Origin: Eubacteriales bacterium
Lineage (GTDB): Bacteria; Bacillota; Clostridia; Oscillospirales; CAG-272
DNA: 56,819 nucleotides
Assembly: GCA_045652665.1 (NCBI GenBank)
Contig: JAZRUS010000054.1
Location: forward strand, 1 to 56,819
Reading direction: 5' to 3'
The notes under the pieces are model-generated. The model was given only the letters and a program-made list of their open reading frames with translations. It did no database searches and had not been told where the DNA came from. Below, piece by piece: positions 1 through 9,977 of this stretch (position 1 is its first letter; every line of letters begins with the position of its first letter). Both the position numbers and the translations under genes were made by a program.

Positions 1-41
1 TCAGTCTTTCCGATCACTACCTAAAGGTAGCACATATTTAA
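1..41 (+). CDS. 3' end of group II intron reverse transcriptase/maturase (partial, runs off the window)
   Basis: Frame from base 3 reads SLSDHYLKVAHI*, resembling IIC RT C-termini, and stops 9 nt before intron domain V. Confidence 0.6.
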   Translation, partial: SLSDHYLKVAHI

Positions 42-50
42 TTTTGAATT

Positions 51-116
51 GAACCGCCGTATGCCGAACGGCACGTACGGTGGTGTGAGAGGTGGATTAA
101 ATTTCACCTACTCGAT
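51..116 (+). ncRNA. Group IIC intron domains V-VI (3' end)
   Basis: GAACCGCCGTATGCCGAACGGCACGTACGGTGGTGTGAGAGG...CACCTACTCGAT: short DV with CGC triad, DVI with bulged A, terminal AT. Confidence 0.9.
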
Positions 117-202
117 TGCGTCGGTGGAAACAAAGAAAAGGTTGTTTTGTTTGAACAAATATGATATAATAAGTCGAACTGTAAAATGAAAGGAAATAAG
201 AG

Positions 203-871
203 ATGTTATTACGAAAAGTTGCGACAATTTCTGATAAATTAAAAACTTTTATACAGAGTGGGAATTATGAAATATACATACTTCGGTTGATGAATCAATC
301 TAAAACTGTGTTCCCCGGAGAATATGATCGTCACAAAGTACAATCACACAGCGAATGTGACTTTTATGATGTTAAAACGCTGGAAAAGTATGAAGCAAAA
401 TTGCCTTTTGATAAAAAAGAAGGCGAATTGATTTGTCGCAATAATTCCAATTTAAAAGAATGGATATCATTTATGATGAGAGAGGAAGAGGAATTTGGCG
501 ATAAAATCATCATTCAGAGAGGCAAGTATACAGTTGACAGTCTTCGTTTGTACCGAACACTGAAAAAACGATTGAATGATGTAAAAGCAGATGAACATGC
601 CATTTTTTTCTTTCCATATCCCATAACATTTGATATGGAGCCTATCGGTGATGAGGCACCGCTATATCAAATGGTTTCAGATATACTTTCAGCATTGTTC
701 AGAGAATTGAAACGCAATGGGGTTATAGGAAATAGAAAAGTATATGCTATGTATCCCACTATGGATAAAAAAATTGCTCTCAGGTGTTTAAACAACGACT
801 TGAGAGAGTACATTTCTTGTAATGAACTTGATGAAATATTTACCTATAGATTTGCATTGGCTGATGAGTGA
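203..871 (+). CDS. Hypothetical protein (island cargo)
   Basis: 222 aa ORF with AAGGA RBS and upstream TGATATAAT; AT-rich; no family recognised. Confidence 0.75.
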   Translation: MLLRKVATISDKLKTFIQSGNYEIYILRLMNQSKTVFPGEYDRHKVQSHSECDFYDVKTLEKYEAKLPFDKKEGELICRNNSNLKEWISFMMREEEEFGDKIIIQRGKYTVDSLRLYRTLKKRLNDVKADEHAIFFFPYPITFDMEPIGDEAPLYQMVSDILSALFRELKRNGVIGNRKVYAMYPTMDKKIALRCLNNDLREYISCNELDEIFTYRFALADE

Positions 872-1063
872 AAAAATATTTGAGGCAAACGGCATCAGAG
901 TTTTTACAAAGAGAGGAATTCAAATTCTTGGTGCTGTTGCTAGTAATCTGAATATAGTGATATGATACACAGCGAATATCTACAGCTATCTTGATGCCGC
1001 GACCAAGTTAGATCCCGTTGTGGCAATGAGTAAGGCGCTACAGTGAGATAAAAAAGCAAAGAT

Positions 1064-1091
1064 TAATCCCGAAGCGTTTGCTTCGGGATTA
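1064..1091. terminator. Hairpin between convergent genes, probable terminator
   Basis: TAATCCCGAAGC-GTTT-GCTTCGGGATTA perfect 12 bp stem. Confidence 0.6.
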
Positions 1092-1094
1092 GAT

Positions 1095-2177
1095 TTACGA
1101 TTTGGAGTATAATTCATTGTAAAGTGTATTTGGTATTGATTCCCAATTTGTTTTATCAATATTATTACAAAACAAGTTGCTTATATCATCAGAATGATAC
1201 GCCAATTCTTTAAGAGCATGAGTTCGTGTTTGTTTATTGATATATTTTACGTTTTGATCGTTAATATCAAATATGTAATATTTATTGCTATCTGTATGTG
1301 AGTTCAAATTACATAGAAAAAGACAAACTTTAGGATTGACTGGCATGTATATGCCTGATTCATAAGAATAATCCAAATTTTTAATAATATAGCAAGGATT
1401 GTCAGAAGTGATAAACTCTGCATCGCCTGTCGCAATTAAAAAGCATGGTTGATAATTATTGCTTAGGCTTTTTACAGATCGTGAAACACTATTATTACTT
1501 TTCTTAATAGCATAGCGATATAGTTGCATAAGCCAGTGTGATTCTTCGTATGCAGTATCAAAAATTGTAGTACCAAGCATATCGTTTAGCTCTTTTATTA
1601 GTTTACTTAAACCCAATGCTTGCATATTTTCAAATCGACGAAGTAACTGTACAACTACAAATTCAAATAGAATTTCTCTGTGCTTTGCAAAGACTTTCCA
1701 ACTTCTTTTCATAATATGTGATGTTGTATAGTCTTTCACCTTTGGCCACTCATTTTCAATATTTTGGGCAAAATAATCTTCAATGGTTTTGGAGACTCTT
1801 TCTTTCCAAAGATCATAAACTATTGAGTCGTCTATTACCGTTCCGTCGGCTGTAGTATAAATCCATTTATCAATATTTTCCAAACAATTATTATAATCAT
1901 TCTCGTCAAGAATCTTTGTCCCATCACACATTGCAATTATATTAAGGTCACTAATAATTGCGAAAAAATGAGCATGAAACTTGAACATATAATCTTTGTT
2001 AAAATAATCGATTAAATACTTATCCTCAAAAGCAAAATTGGTATCGCTTAAATTCTCTATATTCTTATTGCTATTGATGGCAAGGGTCTTGCTTTTATCA
2101 AATATGTATATTGAACTTTTAGTGGTAGGGACTTTCCATGACTTCAAATAACATTGGGGGACAATGTGGCAATTCAT
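1095..2177 (-). CDS. DUF4238 family protein
   Basis: N-terminal HIVPQCYLKSW and later FITSDNP motifs; start moved to MNCH at 2177 because the longer ORF overlaps tRNA-Pro. Confidence 0.8.
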   Translation of the reverse strand: MNCHIVPQCYLKSWKVPTTKSSIYIFDKSKTLAINSNKNIENLSDTNFAFEDKYLIDYFNKDYMFKFHAHFFAIISDLNIIAMCDGTKILDENDYNNCLENIDKWIYTTADGTVIDDSIVYDLWKERVSKTIEDYFAQNIENEWPKVKDYTTSHIMKRSWKVFAKHREILFEFVVVQLLRRFENMQALGLSKLIKELNDMLGTTIFDTAYEESHWLMQLYRYAIKKSNNSVSRSVKSLSNNYQPCFLIATGDAEFITSDNPCYIIKNLDYSYESGIYMPVNPKVCLFLCNLNSHTDSNKYYIFDINDQNVKYINKQTRTHALKELAYHSDDISNLFCNNIDKTNWESIPNTLYNELYSKS

Positions 2178-2233
2178 TTTTGCGCTCCTATCTACTGAAA
2201 AATAATGCCGCTTTGGACTAATCAAAGCGGCAT

Positions 2234-2309
2234 TGGTCGGAATGACAGGATTTGAACCTGCGACATCTTGCTCCCAAAGCAAGCGCGCTACCAACTGCGC
2301 TACATCCCG
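2234..2309 (-). tRNA. tRNA-Pro(TGG), complete, CCA encoded
   Basis: CGGGATGTAGCGCAGTTGGTAGCGCGCTTGCTTTGGGAGCAAGATGTCGCAGGTTCAAATCCTGTCATTCCGACCA folds as a cloverleaf. Confidence 0.95.
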
Positions 2310-2338
2310 ATTATTCAATTTTTAGTGGTTTTCTGTAA

Positions 2339-2359
2339 GTGGTCAAATCTGTGGTCAAA
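2339..2359. repeat. Tandem GTGGTCAAA repeat, candidate integrase arm-type sites
   Basis: GTGGTCAAA-TCT-GTGGTCAAA in the spacer between half and full tRNA-Pro. Confidence 0.55.
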
Positions 2360-2466
2360 CCTCAAATTAATACACTTTTGGGAAGAGATAGAGTGCCGAA
2401 AAAGTCAGTGTTTACAAGGCTTTTCGGCGTTTTTTGCTTCGGGATACCTTGGGGGCGGTGTCCTGC

Positions 2467-2504
2467 TCCCAAACCAGGCGCGCTACCAACTGCGCTACAT
2501 CCCG
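2467..2504 (-). pseudogene. 5' half of tRNA-Pro(TGG), broken after the anticodon loop (att junction)
   Basis: CGGGATGTAGCGCAGTTGGTAGCGCGCCTGGTTTGGGA followed by GCAGGA and non-tRNA sequence; no T arm or acceptor 3' strand. Confidence 0.85.
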
Positions 2505-2548
2505 AGCATGCTGTAAACGGGAGATATCCTCGCCCGACAAGCTATTAT

Positions 2549-2577
2549 ATTATAGCAAATCGATTCGGCGTTGTCAA
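2549..2577 (-). promoter_or_regulatory. Sigma-A promoter for the tRNA-Pro locus
   Basis: TTGACA-17 bp-TATAAT on the minus strand upstream of the half tRNA. Confidence 0.8.
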
Positions 2578-2628
2578 GTGCGGAAATTTGTTATTTTAAA
2601 TTAATATTATTTATTTTGGAGGATTTAT

Positions 2629-3342
2629 ATGTTAAAAATCCAGCATCTAACTAAGCTTTACGGAGAAAAATGTGCCGTGGACGACCTCTCGCTTGAGATC
2701 GGAGCCGGAGAAATATACGGATTTATCGGGCATAACGGAGCGGGAAAGACGACGACGCTTAAGGCGTGTATCGGAATCCTTAACTTTGACAGCGGAAAAA
2801 TAAGCGTTGACGGAATATCCGTGGCGGATGACCCTATCGCCGCAAAGCGGATCATGGCGTATATCCCGGATAATCCGGAGCTTTACGATTATCTTTCAGG
2901 GGCAAAATATCTTGCCTTTGTTGCCGACGTTTACGGTGTTTCGGGTGAACGGCGCGAGGAAATTATCAATATGTATTCTGAAAAATTTGATATAAAGAAG
3001 GATCTTCCCGCACCGATAGGTACTTATTCTCACGGAATGAAGCAGAAGCTTGCGATCATTGCCGCATGGCTTCACTCTCCGAAGCTGATAATAATGGACG
3101 AGCCGTTTGTCGGTCTTGACCCAAAGGCTTCTCATTGCCTGAAGGAGATGATGCGTGAGCATTGCGCGGCTGGCGGATCGATCTTCTTCTCCACCCACGT
3201 GCTTGACGTAGCAGAGAAGCTTTGCGATAAGGTTGCGATCATAAAGGGAGGTAAGCTTGTTGTTAGCGGCTCGATTGAGGAAGTAAAGGGTAACGAGTCG
3301 CTTGAGGACGCCTTCCTTGAGCTGGAGGACAGAGATGATTAG
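2629..3342 (+). CDS. ABC transporter ATP-binding protein
   Basis: Walker A GHNGAGKT, signature YSHGMKQK, Walker B IIMDEP. Confidence 0.95.
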   Translation: MLKIQHLTKLYGEKCAVDDLSLEIGAGEIYGFIGHNGAGKTTTLKACIGILNFDSGKISVDGISVADDPIAAKRIMAYIPDNPELYDYLSGAKYLAFVADVYGVSGERREEIINMYSEKFDIKKDLPAPIGTYSHGMKQKLAIIAAWLHSPKLIIMDEPFVGLDPKASHCLKEMMREHCAAGGSIFFSTHVLDVAEKLCDKVAIIKGGKLVVSGSIEEVKGNESLEDAFLELEDRDD

Positions 3343-4945
3343 TATCCTCATTAGAAACAGACTCAGATATCTTCTTGCCTCAGCTGTCGGGAAGAATAAG
3401 GACGGTACGGTAAAAAAGGTGGGGCGGGGAAGGCTCGTCGGAATTTCGCTTCTGTATGCATTTATAGCCGCGATGTTCCTTTCGGTTTCGCTGACTCTCG
3501 CTATCGTACTCGGTCAGGTGCTTCTTCCGTTGAACGCAGAGTGGCTGTACTTTGGAATTTTTACCGTGGCCTTATTCTCGCTTATATTCGTATTTAGCAT
3601 TTTTGAAACGAAAAGCGAGATTTACGAATGCCGCGACAACGATCTTCTTCTCTCGATGCCTATAAAGCCCGGGGACATTATTGCTTCGCGTGTTTCCGTT
3701 GTTCTCATATATAATTATATTGAAGCGCTTATAATCATGGTGCCTTGCATAGTAGTCTATGCTGTTATTTCGGGCGGTGTTATAGGTGTTTTAGGGCTGA
3801 TCCTCGTCACGCTGCTTCTGCCGCTTCTTGCGACTGCGCTGGCATCTGCGGCAGGATATGCCGTAGCGCGCATTACGAAAAGGATGAAAAGCAAGACGTT
3901 CTTTACGGTTGCCGTCTCCCTCGTATTTATAATGGCATATTTTATCGGCTACAACCTCTTAGTAAACAATTTTGAATCATATATAGGCGAAGTTGAAAGC
4001 TCGGGGCAGGTCCCGATAAACGGTTTTTTATACCATATCGGTGCGATAGCAATGCTTCGTCCGTTAAACGCCGTACTGTTTATTTTGACATCCGTTGCCG
4101 TATCGGCTGCCGCATATTACGTTATTTCGAAAAATTATATTGGTATAGCAACCGCAGAGCGCAATTCTGCCGTCAGATACAGGGTGGCGGCTTTAAAGCC
4201 GAGTTCACTCAGGCGTGCCCTGATAGACAAGGAGCTCAGAAGATTTTTCAGCTCTGCAAACTATATCCTCAACTGTAGCCTCGGTCTTGTTTTTGAATTG
4301 ATCGTAGGAGTGATCGCCGCAATAAACAAACCGCTCGTTTCGGAATTTTCACAGGAGATATTCGGCGGATTTTCCTATGCTTTGCCGACGGTATCTGTGA
4401 TACCTACCGCGATCGCGATCATTATTATGCTTTCATCGTTCAACATGATGTCATCCTGCGCTCTTTCGCTTGAGGGCAGATCTCTTTGGATACTTAAGAC
4501 TGTGCCCGTCAGCGCAAAAGACGTGCTTGTTTCAAAGACGGTGCCTCATCTGATAGTGTCGGCACCGCCTACGGTAATATGCTCTGTGCTCTTTATGATC
4601 GCTACGTCAGCACCTGTTGAATATTGGATATTCTTTATCCTGACGCCGCTTTTGGCAAATCTGTTTTCTGCCTTGCTCGGCACTGTGATAAACGCGGCCT
4701 TCCCGAAGCTTGAATTTGAAAACGAAATACAGCCTATCAAGCAGTCATTCTCGGTATTTCTTGTGCTTATGATTCAGATGATAGGTTATTCTGCCGTTCT
4801 TTTCGCGGACCTAATTCTTGTTTTTATTCTTCATCCAATTGTCGTCGCTTTGCTCACTCTCGTGTTTTTCGGGGTCCTTTCGTCGATAATGTATCTTATT
4901 CTCGTAAAGCGTTCAACAATCAGATATGACAGAATAAGGGTGTAA
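3335..4945 (+). CDS. ABC-2 type transporter permease
   Basis: Many TM segments, LLLSMPI motif, coupled to the ATPase; ATG 3335 with GGAGG RBS. Confidence 0.85.
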   Translation: MISILIRNRLRYLLASAVGKNKDGTVKKVGRGRLVGISLLYAFIAAMFLSVSLTLAIVLGQVLLPLNAEWLYFGIFTVALFSLIFVFSIFETKSEIYECRDNDLLLSMPIKPGDIIASRVSVVLIYNYIEALIIMVPCIVVYAVISGGVIGVLGLILVTLLLPLLATALASAAGYAVARITKRMKSKTFFTVAVSLVFIMAYFIGYNLLVNNFESYIGEVESSGQVPINGFLYHIGAIAMLRPLNAVLFILTSVAVSAAAYYVISKNYIGIATAERNSAVRYRVAALKPSSLRRALIDKELRRFFSSANYILNCSLGLVFELIVGVIAAINKPLVSEFSQEIFGGFSYALPTVSVIPTAIAIIIMLSSFNMMSSCALSLEGRSLWILKTVPVSAKDVLVSKTVPHLIVSAPPTVICSVLFMIATSAPVEYWIFFILTPLLANLFSALLGTVINAAFPKLEFENEIQPIKQSFSVFLVLMIQMIGYSAVLFADLILVFILHPIVVALLTLVFFGVLSSIMYLILVKRSTIRYDRIRV

Positions 4946-5004
4946 TAAATCCTCTTACCGTTGCTCATAATATTGGTGAATAACCGACGTGGGGGCGGAT
5001 AAAG

Positions 5005-6012
5005 GTGTTTTTCATACGTATCTTAAATTTGTTATTCTTGATATCGCTTGCTTTGTATGCGATAACGCTGGCTTTTCCGCTCGCGGCTGTAAGTCTTGCG
5101 GAAGCTATCTCTTCTCCGATACGCGAGCTTATGCATCGCATCGGCTCGATATCCGATATTCCTCTTTTTGAGGCTGCGGTACTGATATCTCCGATTCTGA
5201 TTTTTCTTCTCGTGTTTTATTTCGTTCTAAAAAGCAAAGACCCGAGACGGAGCTTTCTGAATATTCTTTCGGTGATCTCACTTGCTCCGACGGTCTATCT
5301 GCTCGCGTTCGGAATCCCCTCAAACGCGCCAAGTGTCTTTTCGGAATATAAAAGGGAAGTGACTGTAGATCAGATGCGGTTTGCTTCAGAGGCGTTGGTA
5401 GAAAATATCAATTCGGATTTATGTGTGATAACGAATACTTATCCGGATAGCGGATTCTATCGCAATGCTTATATCGAATGCAACAAAATTTTACACGGGG
5501 CAGGGGATGACAGTGATTTTGCGCCAAGAGTGAAGCAGTTTTTGACCCCGGTCATCCCCCGTCTTGCCGGTGTCGCCGCCAAGTATTCCCCAATAACCGG
5601 TGAGATTACGGTCGATCCGTGCCTTCCGCGGTATACCTACGTTTTCTCTGTGTGCCATGAGCTGGCGCACGGTGCGGGCGCTGTAAGAGAGGATGAGGCA
5701 GGATTTTTAGCTTTTCTCGCTTCCGCGGCATCCGACGATCCTTATCTCAGATATTCCGCGAATCTCACAATGCTCGAATATCTTTTGGCTGATATTCGGA
5801 AAAATGACGCGGAAATGTATACAGAAGTTTACAAAACGCTTCCTCAAACCGCAAAAAACGATATAGCATCCTACCGCGAATATTACGGGTACAGAGAAAC
5901 TGCCGTCGGCGCGGTGGCGGAGCGGTTTAATGGCGCATATCGCGACGTTATGTCTCTCGGTGAGTATTCCGACGTATCCGTGCTTGTGACCGCCTATCTA
6001 CTGTCGGCATAA
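5005..6012 (+). CDS. DUF3810-like membrane-anchored zinc metallopeptidase
   Basis: N-terminal TM helices; CHELAH..G..REDEA motif. Confidence 0.75.
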   Translation: MFFIRILNLLFLISLALYAITLAFPLAAVSLAEAISSPIRELMHRIGSISDIPLFEAAVLISPILIFLLVFYFVLKSKDPRRSFLNILSVISLAPTVYLLAFGIPSNAPSVFSEYKREVTVDQMRFASEALVENINSDLCVITNTYPDSGFYRNAYIECNKILHGAGDDSDFAPRVKQFLTPVIPRLAGVAAKYSPITGEITVDPCLPRYTYVFSVCHELAHGAGAVREDEAGFLAFLASAASDDPYLRYSANLTMLEYLLADIRKNDAEMYTEVYKTLPQTAKNDIASYREYYGYRETAVGAVAERFNGAYRDVMSLGEYSDVSVLVTAYLLSA

Positions 6013-6047
6013 AATAACCGTAGGACTACTGTCCTCGGGAGTTTACA

Positions 6048-7268
6048 GTGAGTAAATTTATTGTCAACGGAGGAAGACGGCTTTCGGGATGTGTTGATAT
6101 CAGCGGTTCAAAAAACGCCGCGCTTCCGATAATCTTTGCCTGCATCACGGTACATGGAATTTCGGTTCTTGATAATCTGCCCGAGATCAGCGACGTTGAC
6201 GTCGCTTTTGATATTCTCTCTTGCTTTGGTGCTTCGGTTGAGCGTAATGGTAGTGTTGCTACGGTTGACACGCGCCGTCTCTGCTACTGTATTCCGCCGG
6301 AGCATCTCGTCTCGCGCATCCGTGCCTCGTCGTATCTTGTCGGCGCGTGTCTTGCCAGGTTTGGCAGAGCGCATATTCTCCGTTACGGTGGGTGTGATTT
6401 TGATAACCGTCCGATAGATATGCATTTGTCTGCCGCCGCTGCTTTGGGTGCTTCGGTGTATGACGGCGAGATTTGCGCCGAGCGGCTCATCGGCGGTGAG
6501 ATATATTTTGATAAGATTTCTGTTGGTGCTACGGTAAATTCGCTTCTTATGGCAGCATCTGCCGACGGTGTAAGCAAGATATTCGGTTATGCGCGTGAGC
6601 CTCATGTTTTTTCGCTTATTGATTTTTTAAGCTCGGCGGGCGCGGTGATCACCGTTCACGATTGGTATATAGAAGTCATCGGGGCGCGGCTTCACGGAGC
6701 CTCTGTATCGGTAATACCGGATATGATCGAGGCGGGAACCTTTATTTCGCTCTCTCTTGCGACCGCATCCGATATATGGGTTTGCGGTGAGTGGGCCTCG
6801 GAGCTTTCCTCATTTCTTCGCCCTCTTATTGATGCCGGTGCGGTAATTGAATTCGGTAACGGGATGACAAGGGCTACGGGACAGATCGACGAGCCCATCA
6901 GCATAGAAACTGCGCCGTATCCCGGCTTTCCCACAGATCTGCAACCGATAGTCGCGCCGCTTATGGCAATATGCCGCGGCGGTGAAATACGAGAGCGCGT
7001 CTGGCGTCAGAGGTTTGGGTATCTTAAGGATCTTTCATCCTTCGGCATTGCCTCTTCGGTTGCTGACGGCTCGGCGGTTATTTTGCCCTCGGAGCTGCAC
7101 GCCGCGTCTGTCTCGGCTCGCGATCTTCGCGGCGGCGCAGCACTGCTCATCAGTGCCCTCGCGTCAAAAGGGAAGAGCGTGATCGGCGGCGCGGAGCTTA
7201 TATGGCGCGGGTATGCGGATATAGTTTCTAAGCTTGTTTCGCTCGGCGCGGACATACGTGAGATTTAA
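6048..7268 (+). CDS. murA: UDP-N-acetylglucosamine 1-carboxyvinyltransferase
   Basis: SGSKNAALP, GGC..RPIDMH, PYPGFPTDLQ and DLRGGAAL motifs. Confidence 0.93.
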   Translation: MSKFIVNGGRRLSGCVDISGSKNAALPIIFACITVHGISVLDNLPEISDVDVAFDILSCFGASVERNGSVATVDTRRLCYCIPPEHLVSRIRASSYLVGACLARFGRAHILRYGGCDFDNRPIDMHLSAAAALGASVYDGEICAERLIGGEIYFDKISVGATVNSLLMAASADGVSKIFGYAREPHVFSLIDFLSSAGAVITVHDWYIEVIGARLHGASVSVIPDMIEAGTFISLSLATASDIWVCGEWASELSSFLRPLIDAGAVIEFGNGMTRATGQIDEPISIETAPYPGFPTDLQPIVAPLMAICRGGEIRERVWRQRFGYLKDLSSFGIASSVADGSAVILPSELHAASVSARDLRGGAALLISALASKGKSVIGGAELIWRGYADIVSKLVSLGADIREI

Positions 7269-7299
7269 CTTGATTTTTTAAAAGAGAGGATACATAAAA

Positions 7300-8142
7300 A
7301 TGAAAAGAATTATGACAATACAGGATATTTCCTGCGTTGGAAAATGCTCGTTGACCGTTGCCTTGCCGATTATCTCTGCGGCAGGTGTTGAGGCAGGAAT
7401 ACTTCCTACCGCAGTGCTTTCAACGCACACGATGTTCTCGAAGTATACCTTCTGTGATCTTACCTCGGAAATAACGCCTGTTGCGGACACCTTTAAGGAG
7501 CTGGAAATTGATTTTGATGCGATATATACGGGATATCTCGGTTCGTTCGATCAGCTTGCTCTCGTCGAAAAATTCTTTGATGATTTCAAAAAGGATGAAA
7601 CCGTTATACTCGTCGACCCCGTAATGGCAGACAACGGTATGCTTTATAAGGGTTTTACCGAGGAATTCGCCGCATCAATGGCTCGCCTTTGCGGTAAGGC
7701 GGACATAATAATTCCCAACCTTACCGAGGCATCCTTTATGCTCGGAATTCCGTATAATCCGGATTATGACGAGGAGTATATAAGGGATGTCCTGAAAAAG
7801 CTGACAGGACTCGGTTGTGCGAAGGCTGCGCTGACGGGAATAAGCTTTACCCCGGATAAGATAGGCGTATACTGTTACGACAGTGAGCGCGACAGCTATT
7901 TCTCCTATTTCAACGAGCGGCTTCCCGCATCCTTCCACGGAACGGGCGACATCTACGCATCCTCGGCTCTCGGTGCGATGATGCGCGGCATTCCCGTCGA
8001 GCAGTCGCTTGCCATAGCCGTTGATTATACTCTTGAGTGCATGAAAGAGACGATGCGCGATAAGGACCATCGCTTCTACGGCGTAAATTTTGAAACGGCA
8101 TTGCCGTATTATATTGAGCTCATAAATAAACACGTAAAGTGA
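7300..8142 (+). CDS. pdxK: Pyridoxal/pyridoxamine kinase
   Basis: QDISCVGKCSL, LPTAVLSTHT, VDPVMADNG and HGTGD motifs. Confidence 0.9.
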   Translation: MKRIMTIQDISCVGKCSLTVALPIISAAGVEAGILPTAVLSTHTMFSKYTFCDLTSEITPVADTFKELEIDFDAIYTGYLGSFDQLALVEKFFDDFKKDETVILVDPVMADNGMLYKGFTEEFAASMARLCGKADIIIPNLTEASFMLGIPYNPDYDEEYIRDVLKKLTGLGCAKAALTGISFTPDKIGVYCYDSERDSYFSYFNERLPASFHGTGDIYASSALGAMMRGIPVEQSLAIAVDYTLECMKETMRDKDHRFYGVNFETALPYYIELINKHVK

Positions 8143-8151
8143 GGAGATAGC

Positions 8152-8712
8152 ATGAGAAAGAATTTTGGAGCAAAGCCGCTTCTATATCCTCAACCCGTTT
8201 TCATTATTTCTACGTACGGAGAGGACGGCGTTCCCAATGCGATGAATGCCGCGTGGGGAGGTATTACAGAGGAAAACGAGGTCACCGTTTGCATAAGTGC
8301 GGGTCATAAGACCACAAAAAACATACTTTCAAGGGGAGCGTTCGTTATCAGCATGGCGGACGCCGCCCACGTTGCTGAGTGTGACTACGTCGGAATCGTA
8401 TCGGGAAACAAGGTTGAAAACAAGCTTGAGGTATGCGGACTTCACACTACGAAAAGCGAATTTGTTGACGCCCCTCTCATTGATGAGCTTCCGCTCGCTG
8501 TGGAGTGCCGTTTAAAGAGCTATGATAAAGATACCTGCCGTCTCGTAGGGGAAATAGTAAACGTATCCTGCGACGGTCGCGTACTTGACTCGGAGGGAAA
8601 CCTCGATCCCTCGCTTCTTCGTCCGATAACCTTTGATCCCTTCAACAACACCTATCTCGCGCTCGGCGATAAGGTTGGAGACGCATTCTCCGACGGATTG
8701 AAATTCAAATAA
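8152..8712 (+). CDS. Flavin reductase family protein (flavoredoxin-like)
   Basis: LYPQPV..NAMNAAWGG and DYVGIVSG motifs. Confidence 0.88.
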   Translation: MRKNFGAKPLLYPQPVFIISTYGEDGVPNAMNAAWGGITEENEVTVCISAGHKTTKNILSRGAFVISMADAAHVAECDYVGIVSGNKVENKLEVCGLHTTKSEFVDAPLIDELPLAVECRLKSYDKDTCRLVGEIVNVSCDGRVLDSEGNLDPSLLRPITFDPFNNTYLALGDKVGDAFSDGLKFK

Positions 8713-8859
8713 AGAAATAAACGGCGTGCCTGACAGCCAGGGGCGCCTTTTTTCGTATCAGAGAAAAACTTTTTTATTTCACTTTCGAAAGGTGTTGAAA
8801 AAGCGCGAAAAATATGGTAGAATCTCTGCAAATAAACATTATAAAACTCGGGGGATTCT

Positions 8860-9723
8860 ATGAGTATCAGAAGCAGCAGAAAAATTTCCTTTCTTGCGGT
8901 ATTACTTATCTACATAGCCGCGTCTGCGGTAGGTATAGCCGTGTATTGCGCCACCGAACTCAGTATGTGGTTATCACTTCTCATTGCAGACACAGCGGCA
9001 ACTGTGTTTGTGTTTATTTTTAGTTTGATATTCCGTAATTCATCGGTCTACGATCCGTATTGGAGTGTTCAGCCGATCGTGATACTTGCCGCGCTTATGA
9101 TAGCAAACGGAGTGAACCCCGCGCGGCTTCTCGTTTTTCTGACCGTTGCGGTCTGGGGAGTACGTCTCACTGCGAATTGGGCATATACGTTTAAGAGCTT
9201 ATCTCATCAGGATTGGCGGTATACCATGCTCAGCGAAAAGTGCGGTGCGTTCTATCCGATCGTTAATTTTGTAGGTATACACTACGTGCCTACGCTGGTA
9301 GTATATCTTGCGACGCTCCCCGCCGCGTACGTTATGGTGTCGGATGTAAATATGAATCTTCCGTGCGCGCTCGCACTCTTGCAATCGCTTTCAGCCGCAA
9401 TACTGCAAGGTGCAGCGGATATTCAGATGCACAAATTCAGAAGGTCGGCATTGGGCGGCTTTATAAGGACGGGACTTTGGCGGCATTCCAGACATCCGAA
9501 TTATCTTGGCGAAATACTTATGTGGTGGGGAATTGCTTTTGCCTCGCTGTCGCTTCTCGGCTTAGAGCCTTACACGTTTACGGGAGCTTTAGCCAATACC
9601 GTTCTCTTTCTTACCGTTAGCATACCGATGGCAGACGGCAGGCAGTCGAGGAAGCTGGGTTTCGCGGAATATAAAAGCGGCACCAGAATGCTACTGCCGA
9701 TAAAGAGGCACGGTGGAAAATGA
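8860..9723 (+). CDS. DUF1295 membrane protein (steroid 5-alpha reductase-like)
   Basis: NSSVYDPYWS, DWRY and GLWRHSRHPNYLGE motifs. Confidence 0.88.
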   Translation: MSIRSSRKISFLAVLLIYIAASAVGIAVYCATELSMWLSLLIADTAATVFVFIFSLIFRNSSVYDPYWSVQPIVILAALMIANGVNPARLLVFLTVAVWGVRLTANWAYTFKSLSHQDWRYTMLSEKCGAFYPIVNFVGIHYVPTLVVYLATLPAAYVMVSDVNMNLPCALALLQSLSAAILQGAADIQMHKFRRSALGGFIRTGLWRHSRHPNYLGEILMWWGIAFASLSLLGLEPYTFTGALANTVLFLTVSIPMADGRQSRKLGFAEYKSGTRMLLPIKRHGGK

Positions 9724-9890
9724 ACTGCGCTGAAATCAAGTAAAAAGGGGTACCGGGCATAGTTGGTTTGCGCGGTACCTTCTGCTTTTTAGCGAAGCGC
9801 AGATATATTCCCCTCGGCGTATCCTAAGGTTCTCCGAGGGGCGCGAGGCAGGTTTTGTTCACAGTTTTTTCTTATTTCAAAAATTTTCTA

Positions 9891-9919
9891 TTGATTTTGC
9901 GCGTGTAATATGCTATAAT
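9891..9919 (+). promoter_or_regulatory. Sigma-A promoter of the lipid operon
   Basis: TTGATT-17 bp-TATAAT with extended TG. Confidence 0.6.
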
Positions 9920-9977
9920 TAAACATATTTTTGATTTTATCCACAGCATTCGACAATTTATACAAAGGAAGCGTCAG

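Noticed and set aside
2178-2318. N-terminal extension of the 407 aa ORF, and ORFs 2268-2516 and 2339-2599
   Set aside because: They translate tRNA-Pro and att sequence; the DUF4238 motif starts at 2177
1077-2445. 13 bp repeat TTTGCTTCGGGAT at 1077-1089 and 2433-2445
   Set aside because: One copy is a terminator arm; a single short match with no other support may be chance
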